A stretch of 64,000 nucleotides of DNA, from positions 96,001-160,000 of the forward strand of contig JBGSVZ010000031.1 in the NCBI GenBank assembly GCA_041752695.1, in the 5' to 3' direction. The notes beneath the pieces are model-generated. The model was not told the DNA's origin. It saw only the letters and a program-made list of their open reading frames with translations, and ran no database searches. Positions 19,719 through 29,079 of the stretch are shown piece after piece. Position numbers and translations under genes: made by a program. Source of the stretch: Terrimicrobiaceae bacterium. GTDB taxonomy: Bacteria; Verrucomicrobiota; Verrucomicrobiia; Chthoniobacterales; Terrimicrobiaceae. The stretch's first letter is position 1, and every line of letters starts with the position of its first letter.

Positions 19719-20555
19719 TCAGGCGGAGGTGTTAAGTTTTGATTCGGCAACGGTGGAGTTGACGAGAGGTTCGAGGTCGTCGATGAGGGCGGCAAGGGTC
19801 GCGGCTTGACGGCTGAAAGCGTCGGCGTGGCCGCTGGGGTAGAGGGCGGCGGTTATGCGCGGAGCGAGATCGGCCGGTTGGAGGGCAAAGTCCTCGACGT
19901 AAAGGAGATTGGCACCGTCGCCGACGTAATAGGTGCGGTTGAGGGCAAAGAGAACCTGAAGGATGTCGTGGACGAGGCGGGCGCTCAAACCGGCGAGGAA
20001 CACCACATCACGGCGCGCGATCTTGTGGCGGTAATGGTAGTCGTTTCGCCAATAGCGCAACGAGCCGAAGTGCTTGCGGATGAGCTCGGTTTGCAGGGCT
20101 CGCGGATAGTCGGCGAGGCGCGCCTGCCACGCGGTGATCAGGCCGTCGGGGTCGTCGATGACGAGCTGGTTGGCCAGATCGGTGAGCAGGTGGTAGCCCC
20201 AGATACTCCACTCCCGCTCGACCGGACGACCTTTGCCGGCCAGCCAGGCGTCCAGCTCTTCATTGATCTCATGCACACTGCGCACCCAACAGTAGTCAAT
20301 GTCGATCCCAAGAGCTCGCCAATGGTCCACCGCCCGGGAAAACGATTTCCACTCTTCGCATTCCCAGAAATGCGGAGCGCCGGCCAATTCGTCGCAGAAG
20401 ACGCGAAAATCGACGTCGGATTGTTCGTCGAAGGTGCCTTTGCCGTGGGAGCCGCCGATGGTGACGGCGCAGCGGCCCCGGCCGAGGGCACGCAGATAGG
20501 GCAGGCAATCGTCGATCACCGCCTGGATGCGGGGAATGGGCGGGACGGCACTCAT
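19719..20555 (-). CDS. Nucleotidyltransferase-fold / DUF4037-type protein
   Basis: GGSHGKGTFDEQSDVD (GS...DxD) and VLFALNRTYY; ATGA overlap with the upstream gene. Confidence 0.8.
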   Translation of the reverse strand: MSAVPPIPRIQAVIDDCLPYLRALGRGRCAVTIGGSHGKGTFDEQSDVDFRVFCDELAGAPHFWECEEWKSFSRAVDHWRALGIDIDYCWVRSVHEINEELDAWLAGKGRPVEREWSIWGYHLLTDLANQLVIDDPDGLITAWQARLADYPRALQTELIRKHFGSLRYWRNDYHYRHKIARRDVVFLAGLSARLVHDILQVLFALNRTYYVGDGANLLYVEDFALQPADLAPRITAALYPSGHADAFSRQAATLAALIDDLEPLVNSTVAESKLNTSA

Positions 20556-21589
20556 CGGGATAAGATGGAAAGGGTGAGAAAGTCGAGACCTTGTCCGTCG
20601 GGGCAGAATTCGTGGCCGCCGTCGAATTCGCGGCAGACGAGGCTTTCGCCGGAGCCTGCCGCTTTCCGGCGTTCGACGATGCTGCACAGGACGGGACGGG
20701 CGGTTTTCACGTCGAAGACCTCATCGCGGGTGCCCACTTCGATCCAGAGCGGACGCGGATGGATGAGCTGGGCAAGGAGGACATCATCAAGATGCCGCGC
20801 GCTGTCGAACCAGATCCAGTCGCCCCAATTGTAGCGATAGCGGTCATTGACGTAGCAGGAACTGAGCACGGCGCGAAAACGTTGATCCAGCGCGCCGGCG
20901 AGCAGGGCGTAAAACCCTCCATAGGACAGGCCTGCGACGGCCCAGCAATTCTCCTGCACCGGGAAATGCGCGGCAGTCTCCTCTGCCGCACGTTGCAGGG
21001 TGCGCAGATCAAGAGCGACGCGGGAACCGCCGAGTTGCTTAAGGTCGCGGTCGATGGCGAACTGGTCGATGGGAGGCTGAAACTCTTTCTGCCAGAGGAG
21101 CAATTGGGGGAGGACCACAGTCCAGCCCCGTTCCACGGCCTGACGCACAGCCTGATGATAGCTGGAGTCTCCCTGAAGGTTGAGGACTTGCGCCGGTGTT
21201 CCTTCGCCTCCGTGCTGGAAGACCAGGAGCGGACGCGGGCTGTCGGTTGGAGTGTTCGGTGAACAAACGAGAGCGTAACTGTGGAATCCCTCCGTGACTT
21301 CAAAGGTGATTCTGCTGACGTTCGCCCAGTCGACCACGTGTCCCAACGACTCCACCGTGCTGGCGGCGAGAACGGGTTGTTCGTCCCGCGGGGTCACATC
21401 CAGCGGCCAGCCGAGCATGGCTCTCAGCTGTCGCCGCAAGACTTCGTGCGCAGCTGGTTCCGCTGCCAGGCTCTCCTCCTCCGCATGGCGATCGGCGTCG
21501 GCTTGAAGGCGGCGGCGTGCTATCAAGGCTCCCAGGGAATTGCAAACGGCATCCCGCCAGGGCTGATCGCAAATGGGGCTGTTCATCAT
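20552..21589 (-). CDS. Alpha/beta hydrolase (carbohydrate esterase/dienelactone hydrolase-like)
   Basis: QHGG, GLSYGG nucleophile elbow, GTRD, GGHEF. Confidence 0.88.
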   Translation of the reverse strand: MMNSPICDQPWRDAVCNSLGALIARRRLQADADRHAEEESLAAEPAAHEVLRRQLRAMLGWPLDVTPRDEQPVLAASTVESLGHVVDWANVSRITFEVTEGFHSYALVCSPNTPTDSPRPLLVFQHGGEGTPAQVLNLQGDSSYHQAVRQAVERGWTVVLPQLLLWQKEFQPPIDQFAIDRDLKQLGGSRVALDLRTLQRAAEETAAHFPVQENCWAVAGLSYGGFYALLAGALDQRFRAVLSSCYVNDRYRYNWGDWIWFDSARHLDDVLLAQLIHPRPLWIEVGTRDEVFDVKTARPVLCSIVERRKAAGSGESLVCREFDGGHEFCPDGQGLDFLTLSILSR

Positions 21590-21654
21590 GCAGTACTTAA
21601 AGTCAACGAGTCGTGAACTTACGAGTAGGTTCCCGCGGAGTCTGTCTCCAAGGT

Positions 21655-21696
21655 GCTTAAACTATAAGACGCCCACGGATGCTGAATAATTAAAGC
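21655..21696. promoter_or_regulatory. Two GCTTAA-N4-TTAAGC box copies in a divergent promoter region (21655 GCTTAAACTATAAGAC; 21681 GCTGAATAATTAAAGC)
   Basis: Each has 4 mismatches to the 47063 copy; the pair lies 66 bp and 94 bp from the two divergent start codons. Confidence 0.45.
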
Positions 21697-21789
21697 CTTT
21701 TGCGGTTTTGCAGAAGCGCAAACGGACGCTACGGTCTCGGAATGGTTAAAGGTTCCGACCCGTAACCATCAATCGTCCCCTCCAACTTT

Positions 21790-22410
21790 ATGAAAAAGAC
21801 CCGCCTTCCCCAGCTTCTGACCCTTTCGATCCTCGCGCTCGCGTCATTCACCCAAGCGGCTGACCTCGCTGATATTCAGGCCATTGACGTCAAGGCCTTC
21901 AAGATTCCCGTGGTGGAGGGCAAACAAAATTGGACTTCGCTGCCGCCAGAGGGCATCGGCATCAATGTCTGGGCACCGGAAGGAGCTGGCGAAATTTCGG
22001 TTGAGGATTTCCAGGGTGAGCAGGCCTTTGTTCTCCGGAATACCGGAGCGAAACCGAGTGTCTTTCTTACCGTGAAGGACCCGTTTCTCAAGGTCGAGCT
22101 GGCGGCTGGTAAATCCTACGAGGTGTCTATTTCTTATGCGGTGGACGGCGACCCGGGTGCCAATGTCGTCCTGGCTGCCACCAGTTCTGACGGATCAATT
22201 GTCGCGGACACGGATGCACCGCAAGTGCCTGACAAACAGGCTTGGAAGGTGGAGCTTCCCCCGGAATCGGGAAAATGGAGCACGGTCAAAGAAACCCTGA
22301 AAGTCAAGGAGGGCACGGGGCTCTTGGAGCTACAGTTCCATGCGACGAAGTCTGGCGAGGACAATCTGCTGGCCGTTCGTTCGATCCAGGTGACGGAAGT
22401 CGCAAAATGA
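21790..22410 (+). CDS. Secreted protein, possible CBM-like beta-sandwich
   Basis: Signal peptide ending TQA-A; LAAGKSYEVSISY...W...VRSIQV pattern resembles galactose-binding-like domains. Confidence 0.6.
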   Translation: MKKTRLPQLLTLSILALASFTQAADLADIQAIDVKAFKIPVVEGKQNWTSLPPEGIGINVWAPEGAGEISVEDFQGEQAFVLRNTGAKPSVFLTVKDPFLKVELAAGKSYEVSISYAVDGDPGANVVLAATSSDGSIVADTDAPQVPDKQAWKVELPPESGKWSTVKETLKVKEGTGLLELQFHATKSGEDNLLAVRSIQVTEVAK

Positions 22411-22420
22411 ATCTACGGTT

Positions 22421-23086
22421 ATGATTTCCTTCCCCCTTCAGCAACGAAGGCGCCGAGGTTTCACCCTGATTGAGCTTCTTACCATCATCGGAATTATTGG
22501 TGTTCTCGCGGCCCTCGTTTTTCCGGCAGTGGGCCAGATGCGCGGCTCGGCCAACCGGACGAAAGTACTTTCCAACCTCCGGAAACTTCAATCCGCCAAT
22601 GTTATGTATGCCCAGGAAAACGATGGGCGATATGTGCCAGTCTGGGACAATGTGCCGGAAGGCTACCGGCTGCAATGGTATGCCGACTACCGCTTTACCC
22701 AGGCCATGTTGGGTAATGCCAGCGGACAATGGGGTCTGCCGGACAAAATGACCGATCCCCGCGTGGCGAAACGGGCCGATGGTACCGTCAACACCGCCAT
22801 TCAGTATGCGATGAACACGCAGCAGATTGGCGGGGGTTGGAGTGCGGCCGGGCCAACCGGATACAGGGTTTCCGACATCGCGACTCCGTCCAGCACGATC
22901 GTTTTTATCACCGCCAACAACTGGCTGTTCGACGCCTCACCGTCCAGCATCAACCGGGTCGAATACCGAAATGGCGATGGCAAAGCGGAGGCCGTGCGTT
23001 TCGATGGCAGCGTGATCCTGGTGACAAAGGCGCAACTTTCTGACGGCAGTGCCACCAATCGGTCCCTTTTGAATCCGAAGGAATAG
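22421..23086 (+). CDS. Prepilin-type N-terminal cleavage/methylation protein (PVC type)
   Basis: RRGFTLIELL + hydrophobic helix, SNLRKL..A..MYAQENDG, C-terminal YRNGDGKAEAVRFDGS. Confidence 0.92.
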   Translation: MISFPLQQRRRRGFTLIELLTIIGIIGVLAALVFPAVGQMRGSANRTKVLSNLRKLQSANVMYAQENDGRYVPVWDNVPEGYRLQWYADYRFTQAMLGNASGQWGLPDKMTDPRVAKRADGTVNTAIQYAMNTQQIGGGWSAAGPTGYRVSDIATPSSTIVFITANNWLFDASPSSINRVEYRNGDGKAEAVRFDGSVILVTKAQLSDGSATNRSLLNPKE

Positions 23087-23205
23087 GCCTGGCTCCCGGT
23101 TTGGGAGTGCGTTGAGGACGCTGTGTGCGACATTTCACGAATCACCCGCTCAGATCTTATCCCGGATCAATGACCAGCGGGTAGGGAAACTGACAGTGTG
23201 CGGGA

Positions 23206-23931
23206 ATGAAACGTCCCACCACTCGTTCCTTCGAAGTTAATGCCAGCCTTTTGGGCGCAAGCTTCCTCTTCGCGCAATTCATTCTGATCTGGACCACCTT
23301 TTTTATCCTGTCCGTCACGATTAACTGGCCGGCCAGTCTGGATGATCCGGCGGATATCTCCCTGCCGCGTCTGTTGGCCAATGAGGGAGCGGTCCTGGCG
23401 GGCTATGGCTGTTATTTTTTGGCGGCTCTCCTGCTGGTTCCGGCCACAGCGGCTCTGAATGCCAGACTGTCGGTTTCAGGGCCGATGTCCTGCTTCACCA
23501 TGGCGTTGGCCACATTGGCTGCCCTGGCGAAAGCGATCGGAATTTCCCGATGGCTCTTTGTCATGCCTGATCTGGCCCGTGCTTATGCTGCAGATCAGGG
23601 AGACCGGCCGAATATCGTATTGGCTTTTGACATTCTCAACGACTACGCCGGCGGAGTGGGTGAAGTTTTGGGTGTCGGTTTGATGGGGGGAGTCTGGACG
23701 ATCCTCATGGCCGGGTTAGTTCTGCGCAGTGGAGAGCGCCGCCGGGGCTGGGTTGGCTGGTTTGCCGTCATCGCGGGGGCCTCGCTTTTTTTGGCGATTC
23801 CCGCCGGTTTCGGCGTGGACCTGGGCCCCGTTCTGACCTTCAGCAACATCGCGTGGCAATTTTCACTTCTTGGAATCGCCATCTGGGTCTGGCGTTTGTC
23901 TCCCTCCTCTTCCGACAGTGGACAGATTTAA
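23206..23931 (+). CDS. Membrane protein (DUF4386-like)
   Basis: About 6 hydrophobic segments; GISRWLFVMP and YAGGVGE motifs. Confidence 0.72.
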   Translation: MKRPTTRSFEVNASLLGASFLFAQFILIWTTFFILSVTINWPASLDDPADISLPRLLANEGAVLAGYGCYFLAALLLVPATAALNARLSVSGPMSCFTMALATLAALAKAIGISRWLFVMPDLARAYAADQGDRPNIVLAFDILNDYAGGVGEVLGVGLMGGVWTILMAGLVLRSGERRRGWVGWFAVIAGASLFLAIPAGFGVDLGPVLTFSNIAWQFSLLGIAIWVWRLSPSSSDSGQI

Positions 23932-23960
23932 AATCCGCGCTATGTGTGGCTTCGAATTTC

Positions 23961-24563
23961 ATGAGCAAGAGTTCGGAGAAAGTTTCTTTTGATAAACTCA
24001 CGGGGGAGATCCTCACGCTTTCCCACCCACTGGTGCCCTCTGAGGCGGCACTCCGGGCATTTTTGCGGGGAATCTCGCAAAAAAATTATGCTCGGGGCGA
24101 GCCTCTTTGCCGGACGGGGCATCGGGTAGAAACGTTATACTTTATTCAACGGGGGCTCATTCGATATTTTTATCTGGGCGATGGAACAGAGTATACGGGC
24201 CAGTTTTTCGGCGAGGGTGATTTTGTGGCCGACGTGTATGCCCTGACGACAGGTGCCCCGGCTTTGCAGAATTTTGATGCCTTGGTGGACTCGGTGATTT
24301 CTGGCATCCCGAGAAAGAGTCTTTGGCAAGCATACGTCTCAGACCATGCCTTTGAGCGTTTTGGACGGCGTTTGTTGGAGGGGGCCATGGCGAGTTCCCA
24401 AAAGCGCAGTGCTGCTTTGCTGATGCAGTCGCCGGAAGAGCGTTATGAAGATTTTGTGCGAACGAGGCCGGAAGTGATCGATCAGGTGCCACAATACATC
24501 ATTGCCTCGTATCTCGGCGTGACCCCCGAATCCTTGAGCCGTATTCGGCGCCGGAGGACGTAG
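23961..24563 (+). CDS. Crp/Fnr-family regulator
   Basis: cNMP-binding-like N-terminus; PEERY...VPQYIIASYLGVTPESLSRIR. Confidence 0.92.
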   Translation: MSKSSEKVSFDKLTGEILTLSHPLVPSEAALRAFLRGISQKNYARGEPLCRTGHRVETLYFIQRGLIRYFYLGDGTEYTGQFFGEGDFVADVYALTTGAPALQNFDALVDSVISGIPRKSLWQAYVSDHAFERFGRRLLEGAMASSQKRSAALLMQSPEERYEDFVRTRPEVIDQVPQYIIASYLGVTPESLSRIRRRRT

Positions 24564-24601
24564 TTACAACGTTCCGGCCAACTCTTCATCAAGCACGCAA
24601 A

Positions 24602-25072
24602 ATGAAAAACAGTGTGATAGAACTCCCGTTTAACCGTTTCCTTGGCATTGAAACGGCATCCGAACCCACGAAGCTTCTTCGGCTTCCGGCTGGGACGAAA
24701 TATCTCAACCACCTGGGAACCGTCCATGCCAGTGCTCAGCTTGCGCTTGCCGAGGCTTCAAGCGGAGAGTTTTTGCTGCGCGAATTTGGATCGACTTCCG
24801 GCGTTGTTCCGATTGTTCGCCGGCTCGAATCAAAGTTTCGAAAACCCGCGAAAGGCGTCATTACCTCCACCATTTCCCCATCTCCGGAGATGATGGAGAG
24901 ATTACGAGCCGATCTTCACGCCAGGGGCCGGGCGGTAGTCCGTGTTGACGTTGAACTTTACGATGAGTCTGGTGCCCACACCCTTTCAGCCACCGTCGAG
25001 TGGTTTATCGCACAAAATCCGGCGGAGACCCCGACCGATTATTCGGGGCGTGAATGGGAGGGTGTCAGTTGA
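24602..25072 (+). CDS. Hotdog-fold thioesterase (DUF4442/YiiD-like)
   Basis: LPFNRFLGI, NHLGTVHASAQLALAE, KFRKPA. Confidence 0.82.
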   Translation: MKNSVIELPFNRFLGIETASEPTKLLRLPAGTKYLNHLGTVHASAQLALAEASSGEFLLREFGSTSGVVPIVRRLESKFRKPAKGVITSTISPSPEMMERLRADLHARGRAVVRVDVELYDESGAHTLSATVEWFIAQNPAETPTDYSGREWEGVS

Positions 25073-25116
25073 TCAAAACACGGAAACCGACCCAGGTGGT
25101 CCGGCGTAGAGCCTTG

Positions 25117-25860
25117 GTGAAAATCATCCCATTTCTTTTCCTGACCACCGTCTTGCCAGTCATCAAGGCCGGGGAGCTGATCGACCACGATCATCCGACC
25201 ATCGTCGCCACGGCGGCGACGATTTGCCGGGGACTCGACAGGCCAAGGACCCGGGCCGTCGCCATTCACGATTTTGTGCGCGATGAGATCGCGTTTGGCT
25301 GGACGGGTCGTTTTTACGACATGAAAGCTTCGGAGGTGCTCCGGGCGAAGATCGGGTATTGCAACACCAAGTCCACTCTCTTCGTCGCTCTGCTGCGGGC
25401 TGCCGGTATCCCGGCGCGGATCCGTTATGTGGGCCTGAATGCGGAGATCCTCCACGGCCTCGTAGATGCGGGGCGGCCCTATGTGGATCATTCCTACGTC
25501 GAAGTGGAATTGGATGGTCGCTGGGTCCGGACCGATAGCTATATCGTGGATGAGCGGCTCTTTTGGGCGGCTCGCTCCCGTTTGCAAAAGGAAAAGCGAA
25601 AGTTGGGCTATGGGATTCACCTTAATGGTCGGATCGACTGGGATGGTGGGAGCGATTGTTTTGCTCAATTTGTGGACGATGGTGCAGTTACGAATTTATC
25701 TGATCAGGATTACGGGATCCATGAGGATATCGGGCGATTCTACGCCACGGGGCAGGGGCGGGATCAACTGATGGGCGTGGTTAAATGGCTTTTTCCGACC
25801 CTGATAAAATCGGCCACCCAACGTGCGGAAGTCCTGCGAAGCGAGTCGCAGACCGAATAA
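25117..25860 (+). CDS. Transglutaminase-like protein
   Basis: GYCNTKS..LLRAAGIPAR, HSYVEV..DGRWVRTD triad. Start uncertain. Confidence 0.88.
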   Translation: MKIIPFLFLTTVLPVIKAGELIDHDHPTIVATAATICRGLDRPRTRAVAIHDFVRDEIAFGWTGRFYDMKASEVLRAKIGYCNTKSTLFVALLRAAGIPARIRYVGLNAEILHGLVDAGRPYVDHSYVEVELDGRWVRTDSYIVDERLFWAARSRLQKEKRKLGYGIHLNGRIDWDGGSDCFAQFVDDGAVTNLSDQDYGIHEDIGRFYATGQGRDQLMGVVKWLFPTLIKSATQRAEVLRSESQTE

Positions 25861-25865
25861 AGCAT

Positions 25866-26279
25866 ATGGCAAACAAGGCATCCCTCGCTTTTCGAAAAAT
25901 CCGCAGTGATGTCTTGGGTGCGACGCAGGCGGTCCCCGAGGGACGCATCACTACATATGGGATCGTGGGCGACTATCTGGAGGTGATGGCCCGTCATGTT
26001 TCCTACATCCTGGCTATGCTCTCGGAAGAGGAGCGGGCGGGGGTCCTGTGGTATCGGGTGGTCGGTGCAGAGGGCCGGTTATCCACCAAAAACCGGGCGC
26101 GTCTGGACGTGCAAATAGCGGCATTGCTTCGGGAAGGTCACGTGGTGAAGGCGAACCGGGTGGAAGACTTCGAGGATAAAGTTTTCGGATGGCCGCAGAG
26201 AAAGCTGGTCCCAGGTCAAGTCCTGCGCCAGGCCTACAGCGACCCGGCTACTCCGCTGCTCTTCCCGCCAAAAGGGTGA
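25866..26279 (+). CDS. Alkyltransferase-like (Atl/MGMT-family) protein
   Basis: VPEGRITTYG, ARHV, LWYRVV (Trp in place of the catalytic Cys), LLREG. Confidence 0.85.
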   Translation: MANKASLAFRKIRSDVLGATQAVPEGRITTYGIVGDYLEVMARHVSYILAMLSEEERAGVLWYRVVGAEGRLSTKNRARLDVQIAALLREGHVVKANRVEDFEDKVFGWPQRKLVPGQVLRQAYSDPATPLLFPPKG

Positions 26280-26328
26280 ATGCGTGAGTATCCCTCGTCG
26301 CGCGTAAAGCTTTTGGCCATCTTTCATT

Positions 26329-26344
26329 TATGAATAGTTTAAGC
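26329..26344. promoter_or_regulatory. GCTTAA-N4-TTAAGC box copy (reverse complement GCTTAAACTATTCATA)
   Basis: 68 bp upstream of the GH3 ATG at 26412. Confidence 0.45.
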
Positions 26345-26411
26345 AGTCTGGGTGCTGGGTTTTATTCTGGGAGTGGAGCAAAGTCCCGCCTGCAATTTCC
26401 CCTGTTTTCCA

Positions 26412-27950
26412 ATGAACGATTTTAATTCCGACGATCCGCAGTTTCAACTCATGCAGCGAAAGCTCGCTAGCTATGATTGGCGACGCCTGCTGCGCCATGT
26501 GCTTTGCCCGGCGCAAGTGCATGTAAAAGAGGCGGCACCGACGGATTTTGCGGCGATGTTTTTTCATGAGATGAACCCGGAGGACATCGCGCGGTATCAG
26601 GGCGCGTGTGAGATTCCGGGTTTGCTCTGCGGAGACTTTGAGTCGGGGACCGGATTTCCCTCCATGTTTGGGATGGGGATGGCGGGTGATGCGGACTTGG
26701 CCTATACGATGGGCAAGGGCGTCGCGCTTCAGAAGCGGAGGCTTGGCTTTAACTGGACGCTGGCGCCGGTCTGCGACATCGCGCTGGATATCGACAGTCC
26801 GATGGTGGGCTTGCGGGCGGCTGGTGAGACGGCGGATCAGGTCATTCCCGTGACGACGGGGTACCTGCGGGGCTTGCAGGATCATGGGATGGCGGCGACG
26901 GCCAAACATTTCCCCGGTGATGGGTTTAATTCTTTGGATCAGCATGTGACCACGCCGGTCAATCGGATGACGGAGCCGGAATGGCGGGCAACGTATGGGC
27001 GGACGTTTGGTGCCGCGATTGAGGCGGGTGTCGCCTGCATCATGCCTGGGCATCTTGGTTTAGCCTGGGCGGAAAAGCCCGATTCCCGCAACGGGGTTCA
27101 TCCTCCGGCGACGGTGTCAAAACGTCTCCTCACCGGATTGGTCCGCGAGGAAATGGGGTTTTCTGGGGTGATCGTTTCCGATGCGATGGGGATGGGCGGG
27201 GTGGCGGGATTTATGAATCCTTATGATTCCTATGCCGCTTTTCTGGAAGCTGGTGGGGATATTCTGCTCTTTGCCAGGTATGACGGTTTTTTGGAAAACG
27301 AGATCGAGCGCTGTCTGCGCGAGGGGAAATTAAAAGAGGAGACACTCTATCTGCGGGCCCTGAATGTTTTGCGCTTGAAGCAGAGCTTCGGCTTGTTCGA
27401 GGAAAAATCCGAGGCTGTCCCGGAGGTGGCCACGGAGGAGTGGGATGCGGCGGGCCTGGCCGCGACGGCGAAGGCGGTGAGGGTCGTGCGGGACTTGCCG
27501 AAGCTGCTCCCGCTCGCCCCGAAGCCGGGAGGAAAGATTCTGCATTTGTATATCGGGAACCATCCAGACGATGCGGCGAAAAGACTGGAGGACTTTTCCG
27601 ATCTGTTGGCGGCGGAGTCAGGTGGGGAGGTGACGTTCTGGTGCGATCCCGGTCCGGAAAAACTCTTTTTTGCCCTACGCGAGAAGCCCTTTGATCTGGT
27701 GGTGGCGTCCCTCTGGAATCAGCCCGACTACGGGGCCAATGTTCTTCGCCTGCACGGGCCGGTGGCGCGCAACATGATGGATGGCTGGATGCATCTCGGC
27801 ACGCCGGTGGTCTTTGTGCAGCACGGGTATCCGTTTCATTACCGGCATTATCCGGCGGCGATGGAGACGGTGATCAGCACGTATGGTTTCAACAAGGATT
27901 CGCTGCCGCTGGTGACGGAGCTGATCTTTAAGAAGAAAATCTTGCTCTGA
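26412..27950 (+). CDS. GH3 glycoside hydrolase (hexosaminidase/glucosidase-like)
   Basis: DFESG, APVCD, KHFPGDG...DQH, VSDAMGMGG. Confidence 0.92.
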   Translation: MNDFNSDDPQFQLMQRKLASYDWRRLLRHVLCPAQVHVKEAAPTDFAAMFFHEMNPEDIARYQGACEIPGLLCGDFESGTGFPSMFGMGMAGDADLAYTMGKGVALQKRRLGFNWTLAPVCDIALDIDSPMVGLRAAGETADQVIPVTTGYLRGLQDHGMAATAKHFPGDGFNSLDQHVTTPVNRMTEPEWRATYGRTFGAAIEAGVACIMPGHLGLAWAEKPDSRNGVHPPATVSKRLLTGLVREEMGFSGVIVSDAMGMGGVAGFMNPYDSYAAFLEAGGDILLFARYDGFLENEIERCLREGKLKEETLYLRALNVLRLKQSFGLFEEKSEAVPEVATEEWDAAGLAATAKAVRVVRDLPKLLPLAPKPGGKILHLYIGNHPDDAAKRLEDFSDLLAAESGGEVTFWCDPGPEKLFFALREKPFDLVVASLWNQPDYGANVLRLHGPVARNMMDGWMHLGTPVVFVQHGYPFHYRHYPAAMETVISTYGFNKDSLPLVTELIFKKKILL

Positions 27951-28087
27951 ACCGGCGTCGAATCAGATGGCTGGTTTTATCCTGCGCCGTGCCGTTTTCA
28001 GGGCAGGCATTTGCGGTGCCGGTGCTGCTGTTGGCTCCCAATCCGGATGATCTCGGGTAGATTCGCACTTGGAAAGTCCTGTCGGCA

Positions 28088-28984
28088 TCATTTTAGCTTA
28101 TTGGAAAGACTCGCTCGCGGCCCGTGGCCGTAGGCCTGGCTGAAGACTTTGTAGAATTGCGCGTAGCTGCCAAACCCGGCGGCGAAGACGGCTTCGGATA
28201 AATTTTTCTGGGTCGGCTGACGGTATTCCTCCCAGAAACGGGCTAGTCGCAGAGAGTTGCGATAGCGGTTGAGTGGGACACCGATTTGCCTGCAAAACGT
28301 GCGGCTAAGGTAGGCATCGCTCACGCCGCAGGCCTGCGCCAGTTGCGCGAAATCCTTTTCCCATGCGCCTTCGCTGAGCAATTGGATCGCCCGTTGCACC
28401 GCCGGATGCAGGGACACCGGATCATCCAGGATTTTCCCCGTGCGTTGGCTCCGCCAGCAAAGCAGCAGGAGATGATGCAGTCCTGCGTTTAAGCCATCGG
28501 GGTCGCCGTGCTCGAAACGAAAATTCGAGCCGACTCCAAAACCTCCCTCGCGATTCAGCACATCGGGATCGAGCGAGTCCTGCATGAGGGAATCCATCGT
28601 CTTGCGGATGAGATCGAAGGACTCGGGCGGCAGCAGCGTTTGTAAAACTCCCTGGTGGGCGTTTTTCCGTCGCTTCAATCCCTCATAAGCTGGTGTGTGG
28701 CAGGACCGGGCGATCAGCGCGGGATTGAAGACGGCGACGTAATATTGGGCGTCGTCGGAGCGGTCCACCAACTGATGTTCCTGCGCCGGATACAACCAAA
28801 GCAAGGTGCGTGTGGAGAAGGTAAAGCGCTGCCCGCCGACGATGTAAGTAATCGAACCACGCACTACGAGATTCAGCTCCAGCTCGACGTGGTGATGGCT
28901 CTTCAAAATCGGCGGATTGCGCGAGGACTCGGCCAGAAAAAGAAAGCCGTCGTAGCGCTTCCCGATCTTCAAATTTTCCAGCAT
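28088..28984 (-). CDS. AraC-family regulator
   Basis: SHHHVELELNLV cupin; YLSRTF...AAGFGSYAQFYKVF. Confidence 0.93.
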   Translation of the reverse strand: MLENLKIGKRYDGFLFLAESSRNPPILKSHHHVELELNLVVRGSITYIVGGQRFTFSTRTLLWLYPAQEHQLVDRSDDAQYYVAVFNPALIARSCHTPAYEGLKRRKNAHQGVLQTLLPPESFDLIRKTMDSLMQDSLDPDVLNREGGFGVGSNFRFEHGDPDGLNAGLHHLLLLCWRSQRTGKILDDPVSLHPAVQRAIQLLSEGAWEKDFAQLAQACGVSDAYLSRTFCRQIGVPLNRYRNSLRLARFWEEYRQPTQKNLSEAVFAAGFGSYAQFYKVFSQAYGHGPRASLSNKLK

Positions 28985-29079
28985 TTGGACAAAATACGAT
29001 CACTTTTGGTCAGGTGTCGAGAGGACGCTCTTGCGGGGGGTCGGTAAGTTCGGGATGAACATTACTCTTTCCCCAAAAC

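Noticed and set aside
23087..26279. Integron cassette array
   Set aside because: No convincing RYYYAAC...GTTRRRY attC pairs between the genes and no intI.
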